Below, in pieces: positions 30,274 to 41,782 of a stretch of 41,782 nucleotides of DNA (position 1 is the stretch's first letter; each line of letters opens with the position of its first letter). This DNA comes from Polynucleobacter meluiroseus. Lineage in GTDB: Bacteria; Pseudomonadota; Gammaproteobacteria; Burkholderiales; Burkholderiaceae. The translations under genes were made by a program, and so were the position numbers. The notes below the pieces were generated by a model. It was not told the origin of the DNA. It saw only the letters and a program-made list of their open reading frames with translations, and searched no databases. Location: NCBI GenBank assembly GCA_945867755.1, contig CAMBJN010000001.1, positions 1 to 41,782 of the forward strand, read 5' to 3'.

Positions 30274-31464
30274 TTAAAGTTCTCCGTAGCTGTGCAAGCC
30301 TGACAAGAACATATTCACGCCGATGAAAGCAAAGGTTGTGACGAAGAGACCTGCAATCGCCCACCAGGCAGCAACCACGCCTCTCAAGCCTTTCGTCAAG
30401 CGCATGTGCAACCAAGCAGCGTAGTTCAACCAAACAATCAGGGCCCAAGTTTCTTTTGGATCCCAGCTCCAGTAACCACCCCAGGCCTCAGCTGCCCACA
30501 AGGCACCAAGAATCGTTGCAATCGTAAAGAATGCAAAGCCAACAGCAATCGCCTTGTACATCACATCATCAAGCAACTCTAGGCTTGGCAAACGATCCGC
30601 CATGATATTTTTTGCCTTGAGCAAATAGGCAATACCTAACATTGCTGCAATGGCAAATGTGCCATATCCAATAAAGTTTGCAGGCACGTGTATTTTCATC
30701 CACCAGCTCTGCAAAGCTGGGACCAATGGTTGAATTTGATGGGCATCACGCGTGACGCTATACCAAAGAATAAATGCGACTGCAGCAGCAATGATCCATA
30801 AAACAAATGATCCGAGAACCAAGGATTGATACTTGGCTTCGTAATACAAGTGGAATAAAGCTGTTACCAAGCAGAAGAGAATAAATACTTCATACAAATT
30901 AGAAATGGGGATGTGGCCGATATCGGCGCCCATTAAATAGGACTCATACCAACGCACCAACATTCCTGTTAAGCCAATGTAAACCGCTGCCCAACAAAAC
31001 TTGGATCCTGTTGTGCCCATATTTTGCGAGCGGAAGAATAGGTTCAAGGTATAGAAAAGTGTGCTGAAAGAGAAAAATACGCTCATCCACAAAATGGCAG
31101 ACTGACTAGAAAGCATGTACTTTAAGAAGAAAGCTTGATCTGCTCTCGTAAGCGCACCGCCTTCTGGCGTTTGGTAAAAGTAGATTGCCAAGAAAGTCAG
31201 TATCGTGGAACCGATCATCAAACTTCTTAGCGGCTTCCATGCCCAACCCAAAATCGCTAATGCAGGAACAGAACAAAACAAAATCGTTTGTTCGTAGCTG
31301 TCCATAAAATTATAAAAACGAGCTTCAGCAAAGATGGCGCCTGCCAACAAAGCCAGGGCGAATAAGTAGTCCATCGGACCCAAGCTTTTAAAAATATTCA
31401 CAAAACCTTGTTTTAGGTTTTGAAGCCAGCCGCCATGAACCGTACTAACGTATTTAGTTTCCAT
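30274..31464 (-). CDS. resC: System II cytochrome c synthase subunit ResC/CcsA (called CcsB in some pipelines)
   Basis: WAAEAWGGYWSWDPKETW WWD motif, HIPISNLYE, WMKIHV, GLHSY. Confidence 0.95.
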   Translation of the reverse strand: METKYVSTVHGGWLQNLKQGFVNIFKSLGPMDYLFALALLAGAIFAEARFYNFMDSYEQTILFCSVPALAILGWAWKPLRSLMIGSTILTFLAIYFYQTPEGGALTRADQAFFLKYMLSSQSAILWMSVFFSFSTLFYTLNLFFRSQNMGTTGSKFCWAAVYIGLTGMLVRWYESYLMGADIGHIPISNLYEVFILFCLVTALFHLYYEAKYQSLVLGSFVLWIIAAAVAFILWYSVTRDAHQIQPLVPALQSWWMKIHVPANFIGYGTFAIAAMLGIAYLLKAKNIMADRLPSLELLDDVMYKAIAVGFAFFTIATILGALWAAEAWGGYWSWDPKETWALIVWLNYAAWLHMRLTKGLRGVVAAWWAIAGLFVTTFAFIGVNMFLSGLHSYGEL

Positions 31465-33617
31465 TATTGAAAATCTTTCTGATATTTTTCAAACTCTTTT
31501 TCAAAATCCAAAGTTTTTCGTGAAGACGACATGGCAAATAGTTGTTTGCCATTAGCCAAACTTCTGACCCAGATTCTTCTCTCTGGCAAATAAAACATTG
31601 CAAAAATACCCAGGGTCAATAGTAAACAACCTAGATAAACCATGTTCTTGCCAGGGGATTTGGTTACTTGAAAGACGCTGGCTTTGACCTCTTCAAATGA
31701 GTCTAACTGGAAAACCAAAGGAGCGGGATAAAAATTAACGTCTGACAACGCAGATGTTGCAGCCTGGATAAAGCGCTGGCTTTCCATGTCGTTTTTAGTG
31801 GGTGGTAATTTGAGTTGGGCTCTGGCTTCTTGCCAAAGCTCCCAAATAACTCCATTCAATACCTTTAACACCACCTCAGCTGCTTTTTGTTGATCTGCTT
31901 CTGGAACGGCCTTGTCTATGAATGAGCCTAAGGCAGCAAAACCACCTGGCTTGATACCAGCTTCTTTTGCCTGATCAATAGCAAAAGTAGTTGATCCAGA
32001 AAACAACTCAATCGATCTGGTAGCGCTTTCTCTTAACTGGGTCAGCATTTGTGGTGCCCCAGCAAAACCTGATTGCTGACCGATGGTCGCAATGAATCGT
32101 TGAACCGCACGTTGACGAGCGCTTGGATCTTGCAAAAGAGTTCTCAAAGTCAACCACTCATTCAAACTCAAATTTGCATCCGCTGGTATGCGCAAATATT
32201 TAAACTCTTCTGCAGAACTTTGTCTCACGCCCAACATAAACATTGGCATTTCATCGATGAATAATGGCTGCATGTAGTTACTGTATTCGCGAGCCTGGCC
32301 TGCTTCATCTCTTAATTTGTATTGAACAGATGGGCCTACATTTTTTAAATCGACTGGCTTACTGGTTTTTGCAGCTGAGCCTAAGCGATCACTGAACAGT
32401 TTTTTAAGGCCCGCATCTGATTCCTGCGTAGCAACTCCTCTGACATCAGTTTGGCCAGATGCATTGGATATGTTTTCCACATTGGTTGGTCGAAAGCCAC
32501 TGAACTCTAGGGTATAACTTGTGCCGTCACTAGACTTTAGTTTGGTACTTTGACCAACGTCCCCGTTAACGATAAAACTTGATCGAACAGAGTTAGCGGC
32601 GCCTTGCATTGGGTAGGCGCGTAACTTTAATTTGGAGCCGCCATCCTCGAAGCTTGATTGATAAATCGCAACACCTTTGTGAATCATCGGCTCATTTACT
32701 TTAATTTTTGCTTCTGTTTCTTTGCCTGTATCTAAATCCTTGATGAGCACTTCACTCATGAATAACTTTGGCATCCCAGTGCTGTAATACTCAACGTGGA
32801 ATTTTTTCAATGAAATTGAAAATGGCAATTCTTGAATGATGCTACCGCTGGTTGAGCTCAGGAGTGCTGTCGCACTCGTGCCACCTTCAGGAACAAAAAT
32901 ATTTGCACGATAACTTGGGTTTGCTTCACTTAGCTTATGTTCACCAGGAATATCTGATATCAACATTCCTTGGGTACTCTCAGGAAGAATACTTTTCCCG
33001 CCAAACCAAATTTGCCCACGCGTGAACAAATCACCGTCAAGCAAGCCACCCAAACAAATTAAAACAATCGCGCTGTGCGCGAAGATATAACCCCATTTAC
33101 TGGCAGCCCCTTTTTTGGCAAGCACTCTAGAGCTGTCGTCAGAGACTAAGGTCTTAACTGAATAACCTTCTTTTGCCAATTGATTGGCAATTTTTGATGC
33201 TGCCGCTTCATGAGAAAGATTGCCGGTCGAAAATTCAAAATGATGATGAAGCGCTCTTAACCCACCCTCTTGAACATGCTCTTTCCAAGCACGAATCTCG
33301 GCCAACATTTTTGGAGCATTGCGAACTACACAAAATGACACTGATACAACTAGAAATGCCAAGATCAGTAAAAACCACCAAGCTGTATAAACCGCAAACA
33401 ATCCCAGACCATTAAAAATTTCTGCCCAAAATGGTCCAAACTGATTCACATAGTTAGCGTAAGGTTCACCTTGCTTGATGACCGTTCCAATGATGCTAGC
33501 AATTGAAATAATGGTCAGTAAAGCAATCGCAAAACGCATCGAAGACAACAGCTCAACGCTTGCTCGATTAAATCTTTTTAAACGACCATCAGATGCCACA
33601 AGAACCGTGTTCGCCAT
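31464..33617 (-). CDS. resB: System II cytochrome c biogenesis protein ResB/Ccs1
   Basis: LSSMRFAI.LL, IGTVI.Q, WGYIFAHSAI, VNEP....G..IYQSSF, SPGK..VYLG. Confidence 0.93.
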   Translation of the reverse strand: MANTVLVASDGRLKRFNRASVELLSSMRFAIALLTIISIASIIGTVIKQGEPYANYVNQFGPFWAEIFNGLGLFAVYTAWWFLLILAFLVVSVSFCVVRNAPKMLAEIRAWKEHVQEGGLRALHHHFEFSTGNLSHEAAASKIANQLAKEGYSVKTLVSDDSSRVLAKKGAASKWGYIFAHSAIVLICLGGLLDGDLFTRGQIWFGGKSILPESTQGMLISDIPGEHKLSEANPSYRANIFVPEGGTSATALLSSTSGSIIQELPFSISLKKFHVEYYSTGMPKLFMSEVLIKDLDTGKETEAKIKVNEPMIHKGVAIYQSSFEDGGSKLKLRAYPMQGAANSVRSSFIVNGDVGQSTKLKSSDGTSYTLEFSGFRPTNVENISNASGQTDVRGVATQESDAGLKKLFSDRLGSAAKTSKPVDLKNVGPSVQYKLRDEAGQAREYSNYMQPLFIDEMPMFMLGVRQSSAEEFKYLRIPADANLSLNEWLTLRTLLQDPSARQRAVQRFIATIGQQSGFAGAPQMLTQLRESATRSIELFSGSTTFAIDQAKEAGIKPGGFAALGSFIDKAVPEADQQKAAEVVLKVLNGVIWELWQEARAQLKLPPTKNDMESQRFIQAATSALSDVNFYPAPLVFQLDSFEEVKASVFQVTKSPGKNMVYLGCLLLTLGIFAMFYLPERRIWVRSLANGKQLFAMSSSRKTLDFEKEFEKYQKDFQ

Positions 33618-33631
33618 AACCTTCTTTTAAA

Positions 33632-33666
33632 AAAATAAAAAAGCCCACAAACCTTGTTCGTGGGCT
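33632..33666 (-). terminator. Intrinsic terminator after the cytochrome c4 gene
   Basis: Minus strand AGCCCACGAAC-AAG-GTTTGTGGGCT followed by TTTTTATTTT. Confidence 0.8.
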
Positions 33667-33696
33667 CTTCTTAATGAGAGCTACTTAATCTATGAA

Positions 33697-34377
33697 TTAA
33701 CGCAAGCCAGCGATGTAATCTGACACAGCTTTAATTTCCGCATCAGACATTCTAGAGGCAATTCCAGTCATCTGCTGACTGTTCTTGCGCTCACCCTGTC
33801 GGTACGCAACCAGCTGAGCTTCGGTATATTCAGCCCACTGACCTGATAGACGTGGATACTGTGATGGAATTCCTGCGCCATTAGGCGTATGACAGGCCGC
33901 GCATGCAGCGACTTGCTTAGAAGCAATGCCACCGCGGTATATCTTTTGACCTAATTCAATGCTGGCCTTATTTTTGGCCGTGCCCAAACCAGGTGTTTGT
34001 TTTTCCAAATACGCAGCGACGTTGATCATGTCCTGCTCTGTCATCATTCCTGCGAAAGCGGCCATGATCGCATTAGGGCGATCTTTTCCAGCCTTGTAAT
34101 CTTTTAATTGCTTCACTGTATAAGCAGCATGCTGACCAGCTAACTTAGGGTAGGTACCGCCGCCACTAACGCCATTAGGACCATGACAACCCATGCATGC
34201 AGCAAGGCCACGTTTAGCATCACCTGCATTGTATAAAGCTTCTCCCTTGGCAACATCTACCTTTTCAGGGCCAGCAGGGCCTGCTTTTGCGGGTTCAGCT
34301 GCAAAAGCAGGGTTCACCAAAGATAAGCCTAAGGCAATGACTAAAGTTTTAAATGTGACGGAAAATATTTGACGCAT
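33697..34377 (-). CDS. Diheme cytochrome c4 (c553 family)
   Basis: Signal peptide; CMGCH and CAACH heme motifs; PKLAGQ and PRLSGQ; start set at MRQIF (34377). Confidence 0.93.
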   Translation of the reverse strand: MRQIFSVTFKTLVIALGLSLVNPAFAAEPAKAGPAGPEKVDVAKGEALYNAGDAKRGLAACMGCHGPNGVSGGGTYPKLAGQHAAYTVKQLKDYKAGKDRPNAIMAAFAGMMTEQDMINVAAYLEKQTPGLGTAKNKASIELGQKIYRGGIASKQVAACAACHTPNGAGIPSQYPRLSGQWAEYTEAQLVAYRQGERKNSQQMTGIASRMSDAEIKAVSDYIAGLR

Positions 34378-34487
34378 TGTGCTCTCACCTGTATGTATAT
34401 GATGCAAAGATTCTTCAATCTTTATTTTTAACTAAACAACTAATTAACAGCGTTAGATTTTACAATAGGTCTAACCCATAAACATCT

Positions 34488-36172
<1,685 letters not shown>

Positions 36173-36191
36173 TTTAAATCAGCAGCAGGGC

Positions 36192-37826
36192 CTATTGCAA
36201 GCGCTCTAAAAAGCGCTCTGCTTTCATAAATCCAATCACTCGTTTGGAAAACTTTTCTTCGCCGTTTACATCAAAAAATAAAATCGCGGGCGGCCCAAAC
36301 AACGCATATTGTTTCAATATGCGTTGATGCTCCACAGTATTTTTTGTGACGTCCACTTGAATCAACTGATATGTGCTCAGCGCTGCTTTAACTTTCTCAT
36401 CACTGAAAGTCAACAACTCCATTTCTTTACAAGTCACGCACCAATCTGCATAAAAATCTAATAAGACAGGCTGTCCTTTTTGCTTTGCCTGCAACAGTGC
36501 TGCATCTAACTGAGCTGAAGTAGCAACTCGCTGAAACATCAATCCTGATTCAAGTTGATGCATGGTTTCGTTGCTTGATGTTTTAGAGCTTGTGAAAATT
36601 GGGGATGCCACCCAAACTGCTAATCCAATCAGGAGAACGCCGAAAATTCTTTGAACGATCGTCATCCAGGCACCCGCCTTAGGCAACAAACCTCTTGCTC
36701 CAATTGCAAACAACATCAATGGCAAACCCATTCCCAGGGCCATGACAAACAATAAAACCCCACCCATTGGAATTGATCCTGTTTGTGCAATGAAAGCTAA
36801 AACGCCCGCTAGCGGCGCTGTCACACAAGGGCTGGCAATCAAGGTTGAAATCCCTCCCAACATGAATGCGCCGATGACACTGCCACCTTCTTGTTTACCA
36901 GCAATGCGATCAATTTTGTTATGCAGCGCTTGCGGTAAACGTAATTCATAAAAACCAAACAAGCTCGCCGCTAATGCCAATAACATCAATGCAAACGCAC
37001 TCAACACCCATGGATTTTGTAGCCAAGACTGAATACTCGCACCAAGGGCAGCCGTGATCATTCCGGCAACGCTGTACATAATCGCCATCCCTAATACATA
37101 AGACAAGGCCAGCACTGATGATCTTAATTTAGATATATTGCGATGACTCTCATTTTTTGAGCCAAATATCACACTCGACATGATTGGCAACATTGGTAGC
37201 ACGCAGGGCGTTAATGCCATTGCAAGACCCAAGATGAAAAATGAAACCAGCAAAACAACGGGGGAAATATTTTGCAACATACTGGTCAATAATCCAGCGT
37301 CATCTCTGGCAGACCACAGTTCAGATAAGCCTAATTTTTTTGGGGCAATTGACTCTGTAGCTGCACCCTCTTCATATAAAACACCATTAACAGTTGACTG
37401 CAGGCCAGACAGGGTGAACCTCAACTCCATGGGAGGGTAACAAATTCCTTTATCAGCACAACCCTGCAACTCCATGCTCAAGATTATTCCAGAGGCATTT
37501 TTGTTATTAATTAAGGGTAGCAATATGCTGAAATCTTTTGGATAGGTTTCTAATTCTTTTCCAAAGTTTTCGTCGAACTTAATCTTGCCCTGAGGTAATT
37601 GTGGCAAACCCAACTGTACTGCGTCAGTATTTTTTACCAGCTTAAACTTGATTGATTCGCGATAGATGTAATAACCCTTCGCAGGTTTTGCATGCAACAC
37701 AATTTCTTGATTGGACTGGTACTTAGCACTTACCTGAAATGCTTGTTCAGGTGCAAGGAAGTTTTGTGCATGTGCTGATATTGCACCAAAGATCAACGCA
37801 ATAGTAATCAGTAATTTTTTAATCAT
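36192..37826 (-). CDS. dsbD: Thiol:disulfide interchange protein DsbD
   Basis: GCADKGICYPP, TPCVLP and SPCVTAP TM cysteines, thioredoxin WCVTCK. Confidence 0.95.
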   Translation of the reverse strand: MIKKLLITIALIFGAISAHAQNFLAPEQAFQVSAKYQSNQEIVLHAKPAKGYYIYRESIKFKLVKNTDAVQLGLPQLPQGKIKFDENFGKELETYPKDFSILLPLINNKNASGIILSMELQGCADKGICYPPMELRFTLSGLQSTVNGVLYEEGAATESIAPKKLGLSELWSARDDAGLLTSMLQNISPVVLLVSFFILGLAMALTPCVLPMLPIMSSVIFGSKNESHRNISKLRSSVLALSYVLGMAIMYSVAGMITAALGASIQSWLQNPWVLSAFALMLLALAASLFGFYELRLPQALHNKIDRIAGKQEGGSVIGAFMLGGISTLIASPCVTAPLAGVLAFIAQTGSIPMGGVLLFVMALGMGLPLMLFAIGARGLLPKAGAWMTIVQRIFGVLLIGLAVWVASPIFTSSKTSSNETMHQLESGLMFQRVATSAQLDAALLQAKQKGQPVLLDFYADWCVTCKEMELLTFSDEKVKAALSTYQLIQVDVTKNTVEHQRILKQYALFGPPAILFFDVNGEEKFSKRVIGFMKAERFLERLQ

Positions 37827-38149
37827 TTATTGCCCCTTAACTGCTTATTTAACCAAACAGCATAATCTGACTCGACATCATCTAGTTTGATACAAATAAT
37901 TTCAGGGACATCATAAGGGTGGTTTTGCTTCAACAAACTGATTAACGCGTTTTTATTTGATTCATTTGTTTTGAAATGAACTGGGTATTCTGTTGCTGTT
38001 TCAACTTGACCTTGCCAGCGGTATGTAGATATGCACTCGGCTTGTATTTGAACACAAGCAGCGATATTTTTTTCTATAGCCATTCCCGCCAATTTCTTAG
38101 CATCATCATGCTTAGGCGTTGTTGTGATGATCAGGTACATTGATTCCAT
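37823..38149 (-). CDS. cutA: Divalent cation tolerance protein CutA
   Basis: AACVQ, STYRWQG, HPYDVPEI; start moved to 38149, downstream of the rplQ terminator. Confidence 0.93.
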   Translation of the reverse strand: MESMYLIITTTPKHDDAKKLAGMAIEKNIAACVQIQAECISTYRWQGQVETATEYPVHFKTNESNKNALISLLKQNHPYDVPEIICIKLDDVESDYAVWLNKQLRGNK

Positions 38150-38169
38150 CAGACTATTATCTTCTAAAC

Positions 38170-38198
38170 AAAAAAGCCTGGCAAAACCAGGCTTTTTT
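38170..38198. terminator. Bidirectional intrinsic terminator after rplQ
   Basis: AAAAAAGCCTGG-CAAAA-CCAGGCTTTTTT. Confidence 0.9.
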
Positions 38199-38213
38199 GA
38201 CGAATAGCAGGCT

Positions 38214-38600
38214 TTATTCTGCTGCTGGTGCTTCTGTGACTTCTGGTCGATCCAAAAGCTCAACCAAAGCCATAGGTGCATTGTCACCCACGCGAAAGCC
38301 AAACTTCAAAATGCGCAAATAACCACCTGGACGTGCAGCAAAGCGTGGGCCTAGCTCTGTGAAGAGCTTGGTGACCATTTCACGATCGCGCAAACGATCA
38401 AATGCTAAACGGCGGTTAGCCAAGTTGTCTTTTTTGCCTAAAGTAATGAGCGGCTCAACTACACGACGCAATTCTTTAGCTTTTGGCAAAGTTGTTTTAA
38501 TGACCTCGTGCTGTAACAATGAATTAGACATGTTACGCAACATCGCTAAACGATGTGAGGATGTACGATTTAATTTACGAAGTCCGTTTCCGTGACGCAT
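38214..38600 (-). CDS. rplQ: 50S ribosomal protein L17
   Basis: [23 protein letters not shown]. Confidence 0.99.
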   Translation of the reverse strand: MRHGNGLRKLNRTSSHRLAMLRNMSNSLLQHEVIKTTLPKAKELRRVVEPLITLGKKDNLANRRLAFDRLRDREMVTKLFTELGPRFAARPGGYLRILKFGFRVGDNAPMALVELLDRPEVTEAPAAE

Positions 38601-38618
38601 GGTGGCTCTTCCTTTCTA

Positions 38619-39599
38619 TTATTTCTCAAGACCTGCAGGAGGCCAGTTGTCTAGCTTCATGCCCAAGGTCAGACCGCGAGCGGCCAAGACATCTTTAATT
38701 TCATTCAATGATTTACGACCAAGATTTGGAGTCTTTAACAACTCGTTCTCAGTCCGTTGAATGAGGTCACCGATGTAGTAAATGTTTTCAGCTTTTAAGC
38801 AATTTGCGGAGCGTACTGTTAACTCAAGATCATCAACAGGTCTCATCAACATTGGATCAACAGCAGGTGAACGACTTGGAGCCAAGTCGCCAGCAGCTTG
38901 TGTACCCTCTAGCTGTGCAAATACCACTAACTGATCAACCAAGATACTTGCTGATTGACGAATTGCTTCTTCTGGCGTTAACACACCATTCGTTTCAATT
39001 GTCATCACCAAGCGGTCTAAGTCTGTACGTTGCTCAACACGAGCTGATTCAACGGCATAGCTAACCCGACGAACCGGACTGAATGAAGCATCTAAAACAA
39101 TGCTACCAATAGTCTTTGAAGATTCATCTTGGTATTTACGAACGTTGCCTGGTACATAGCCGCGTCCTTTTTCAATCTTGATCTGCATATCTAACTTACC
39201 GTTTGCGGATAAGTGAGCAATCACGTGATCAGGGTTGACGATTTCAACATCGTGAGGCAATTCAATGTCTTTTGCTAAAACAACGCCTGCGCCTTCTTTG
39301 CGCAAATTGATTGTTACTTCATCACGTTGTTCTAATTTAAAAACAATGCCTTTGAGGTTCAATAATAGGTTAACAACGTCTTCTTGCACGCCATCAATTG
39401 TTGAGTACTCATGAACAACGCCAGCAATGCTGACTTCTGTTGGAGCACAACCTACCATAGACGACAAAAGCACGCGACGCAAGGCATTACCCAAGGTATG
39501 GCCATAACCGCGTTCAAACGGCTCCATAACTACTTTCGCTTGGTTTTCTGCAAGCGCTTCTACGGAAATAATTTTCGGCTTCAGCAGTGTGTTTTGCAT
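38619..39599 (-). CDS. rpoA: RNA polymerase alpha subunit
   Basis: [36 protein letters not shown]. Confidence 0.99.
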   Translation of the reverse strand: MQNTLLKPKIISVEALAENQAKVVMEPFERGYGHTLGNALRRVLLSSMVGCAPTEVSIAGVVHEYSTIDGVQEDVVNLLLNLKGIVFKLEQRDEVTINLRKEGAGVVLAKDIELPHDVEIVNPDHVIAHLSANGKLDMQIKIEKGRGYVPGNVRKYQDESSKTIGSIVLDASFSPVRRVSYAVESARVEQRTDLDRLVMTIETNGVLTPEEAIRQSASILVDQLVVFAQLEGTQAAGDLAPSRSPAVDPMLMRPVDDLELTVRSANCLKAENIYYIGDLIQRTENELLKTPNLGRKSLNEIKDVLAARGLTLGMKLDNWPPAGLEK

Positions 39600-39626
39600 A
39601 TATTTATTCCTTAAGAGGGCGACACA

Positions 39627-40250
39627 TTAACGTGAGTAAAGTTCGACGATCAAGCTTTCATTTATATCGCCACCGATGTCTTCACGATCAGGAGCTTGCT
39701 TGAATGTGCCTTCTAATTTAGTAGCGTCTACATTGACCCAGCTAACATCAGCTGTCTGAGCAACAAGACCTAAAGACTCTTGAATACGAGTTTGTTTTTT
39801 TGCTTTTTCACGAATTGCAATTACGTCACCTGGACGAACTTGCATTGAAGGAATGTTTGCAACATTACCATTCAACAAAATAGCTTTGTGAGAAACCAAT
39901 TGACGTGCTTCGGCGCGTGTTGAGCCAAAACCCATACGGTATACAACGTTGTCTAAACGTGACTCCAACAACATCAACAGGTTTTCACCTGTGTTGCCTT
40001 TGCGACGCTCAGCTTCAGCAAAATAACGGCGGAACTGACGCTCCAATACACCGTAAATACGCTTTACTTTTTGCTTTTCACGTAATTGATTGCCGTAGTC
40101 AGATGTGCGTGCACCAGAAGTGCGGCCATGTTGACCAGGCTTAGTGTCAAGCTTACATTTATCGGCTAAAGAGCGACGTGTGCTCTTTAAGAATAAGTCG
40201 GTACCTTCCCGACGAGATAGTTTGGCTTTAGGGCCTATATAACGTGCCAC
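39627..40250 (-). CDS. rpsD: 30S ribosomal protein S4
   Basis: [30 protein letters not shown]; GTG start. Confidence 0.99.
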   Translation of the reverse strand: MARYIGPKAKLSRREGTDLFLKSTRRSLADKCKLDTKPGQHGRTSGARTSDYGNQLREKQKVKRIYGVLERQFRRYFAEAERRKGNTGENLLMLLESRLDNVVYRMGFGSTRAEARQLVSHKAILLNGNVANIPSMQVRPGDVIAIREKAKKQTRIQESLGLVAQTADVSWVNVDATKLEGTFKQAPDREDIGGDINESLIVELYSR

Positions 40251-40334
40251 GATTCATCCTTTCTTTGCCTTCAGTTAAAAACTGAGGGTGAGTCCATTCT
40301 TTAAAAGCAATGGACGGTGGGCTTGATTAAAAAA

Positions 40335-40736
40335 TTAGATACGACGACGCTTTGGTGGACGGCAGCCATTGTGTGGAACTGGCGTAACGTCCTGGATTTC
40401 CGTGATTTTGATGCCTAGGGCATTCAAAGCACGAACAGCAGATTCGCGACCTGGGCCTGGGCCTTTGATCTCAACTGCCAAATTCTTGATACCACACTCA
40501 ATCGCTGCGCGGCCAGCAACTTCAGCTGCTACCTGTGCGGCAAATGGTGTAGATTTACGAGAACCTTTAAAACCTTGACCGCCTGATGTTGCCCATGACA
40601 AAGCATTGCCCTGGCGATCAGTGATAGTCACGATAGTGTTATTGAATGATGCGTGAACGTGTGCAATACCGTCAGCAATATTCTTTTTAACCTTTTTACG
40701 GGCGCGAGCCGCGTTATTTTGTTGTGGTTTTGCCAT
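40335..40736 (-). CDS. rpsK: 30S ribosomal protein S11
   Basis: [28 protein letters not shown]. Confidence 0.99.
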   Translation of the reverse strand: MAKPQQNNAARARKKVKKNIADGIAHVHASFNNTIVTITDRQGNALSWATSGGQGFKGSRKSTPFAAQVAAEVAGRAAIECGIKNLAVEIKGPGPGRESAVRALNALGIKITEIQDVTPVPHNGCRPPKRRRI

Positions 40737-40752
40737 TGTGAGCTCTTCCTAA

Positions 40753-41118
40753 TTATTTCTTAAGTGCAATACCGGCCTTACGAGGGCCTTTGCGTGTACG
40801 AGCATTGGTACGTGTGCGTTGACCGCGCATTGGCAAGCCTTTGCGATGACGCAGACCACGGTAGCAACCCAAATCCATTAGGCGCTTGATGTTCATTGTC
40901 ACTTCACGACGCAAGTCACCTTCAACAGTGAACCTGCCTACCTCTTCACGAAGTTTTTCTAAATCAGCATCGTTTAGATCTTTAACTTTTTTGTCGATTG
41001 CAACACCAGAAGCATCACAAATCTTGCGAGCCAATGAGTTGCCAATACCAAAAATAGCCGTTAGACCAATAACGGTGTGTTGATGATTTGGGATGTTTAC
41101 CCCTGCGATACGTGCCAT
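40753..41118 (-). CDS. rpsM: 30S ribosomal protein S13
   Basis: [30 protein letters not shown]. Confidence 0.99.
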   Translation of the reverse strand: MARIAGVNIPNHQHTVIGLTAIFGIGNSLARKICDASGVAIDKKVKDLNDADLEKLREEVGRFTVEGDLRREVTMNIKRLMDLGCYRGLRHRKGLPMRGQRTRTNARTRKGPRKAGIALKK

Positions 41119-41150
41119 GTAACGTTCCTCTTTTTTGAGACGGCTTCTTA

Positions 41151-41267
41151 TTAACCCTGACGCTGCTTGTGACGAGCATCTGATGAACAGATCACTCGGA
41201 CCACGCGCTTGCGTTTAACAATCTTGCAGTTGCGGCAGATACACTTTACAGATGCCAAAACTTTCAT
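41151..41267 (-). CDS. rpmJ: 50S ribosomal protein L36, zinc-ribbon form (not in ORF track)
   Basis: Manual translation [38 protein letters not shown]; SD AGAGG; between infA and rpsM. Confidence 0.97.
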   Translation of the reverse strand: MKVLASVKCICRNCKIVKRKRVVRVICSSDARHKQRQG

Positions 41268-41294
41268 AATTAACCTCTTCTATACAATTAGTTA

Positions 41295-41513
41295 CTACTT
41301 CGCGCGAAACACAATTCGCGCTTTTGACAAGTCGTATGGAGTAAGCTCCACCGTCACTTTGTCGCCAGGAAGAATGCGGATATAGTGCATTCGCATTTTT
41401 CCTGAGATATGTCCCAACACCACATGTCCGTTTTCTAACTTCACACGAAACATGGCATTAGGCAAGTTTTCAACAATCTCGCCAGCCATTTGTATGACAT
41501 CATCTTTTGCCAT
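41295..41513 (-). CDS. infA: Translation initiation factor IF-1
   Basis: [27 protein letters not shown]. Confidence 0.99.
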   Translation of the reverse strand: MAKDDVIQMAGEIVENLPNAMFRVKLENGHVVLGHISGKMRMHYIRILPGDKVTVELTPYDLSKARIVFRAK

Positions 41514-41518
41514 ACAGC

Positions 41519-41782
41519 TTACGAGTTACCCATTTTGAAGTTAGCCTTCTTCAATAGTGAATCATATTGTTGCTGCATCATGTATGACTGAACTTGGGCC
41601 ATGAAGTCCATTGAAACTACCACGATGATTAGAAGTGATGTTCCACCGAAGTAAAACGGCACATTCCAACGTAACACCAAAAACTCTGGCAATAAACAAA
41701 CCAAAACCATGTAAGCAGCACCGATCAATGTCAAGCGCGTCAAAATCTTATCAACGTAACGGGCTGTTTGATCGCCAGGACG
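41519..41782 (-). CDS. secY: Preprotein translocase SecY, C-terminal part (runs off the window)
   Basis: [18 protein letters not shown]...[10 protein letters not shown]. Confidence 0.97.
   Translation of the reverse strand, partial: RPGDQTARYVDKILTRLTLIGAAYMVLVCLLPEFLVLRWNVPFYFGGTSLLIIVVVSMDFMAQVQSYMMQQQYDSLLKKANFKMGNS

Noticed and set aside
38150-38302. N-terminal extension of CutA in the ORF track (likewise for hisD, gltD, gltB, lysA and cytochrome c4)
   Set aside because: The cutA extension crosses rplQ and its terminator; the others overlap neighbours or precede a better start.
41151-41267. Extra cysteine in L36 (CICRNC)
   Set aside because: The canonical CxxC...C...H zinc ribbon is intact; a single substitution does not support any claim.

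Overview
Core-genome chromosomal segment of a low-GC betaproteobacterium. Gene order and protein sequences point to Burkholderiaceae, probably Polynucleobacter-like (inference). From right to left on the minus strand: end of the spc/alpha ribosomal cluster (secY-infA-rpmJ-rpsM-rpsK-rpsD-rpoA-rplQ), cutA-dsbD, engB-hemB (+), cytochrome c4 with System II cytochrome c biogenesis (resB-resC), lptM-lysA (+), cyaY, mrcA (+), a reduced pil locus (one PilP/GspC-like gene plus a short pilQ) followed by aroK-aroB-dgt, an HUH/Y1 (RAYT/IS200-like) nuclease, gltB-gltD, mlaFEDACB, a yadGH-like ABC pair, bolA-murA-hisG-hisD, a two-gene DUF1640/CCDC90 insert, an inverted hisC, and hisBHAFI. No rRNA, tRNA, CRISPR array or prophage is visible. 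Main observations: (1) an intact, apparently domesticated Y1 transposase abutting dgt with no left end, with short palindromes next to the gltB promoter; (2) a secretin apparently lacking its AMIN and N3 domains, next to a single PilP/GspC-like gene in place of pilMNOP; (3) a broken his operon with inverted hisC and tandem DUF1640 genes, one missing from the ORF track; (4) six genes with a leaderless-type -10/N6-7/ATG layout. All calls come from reading the sequence; no searches were run.
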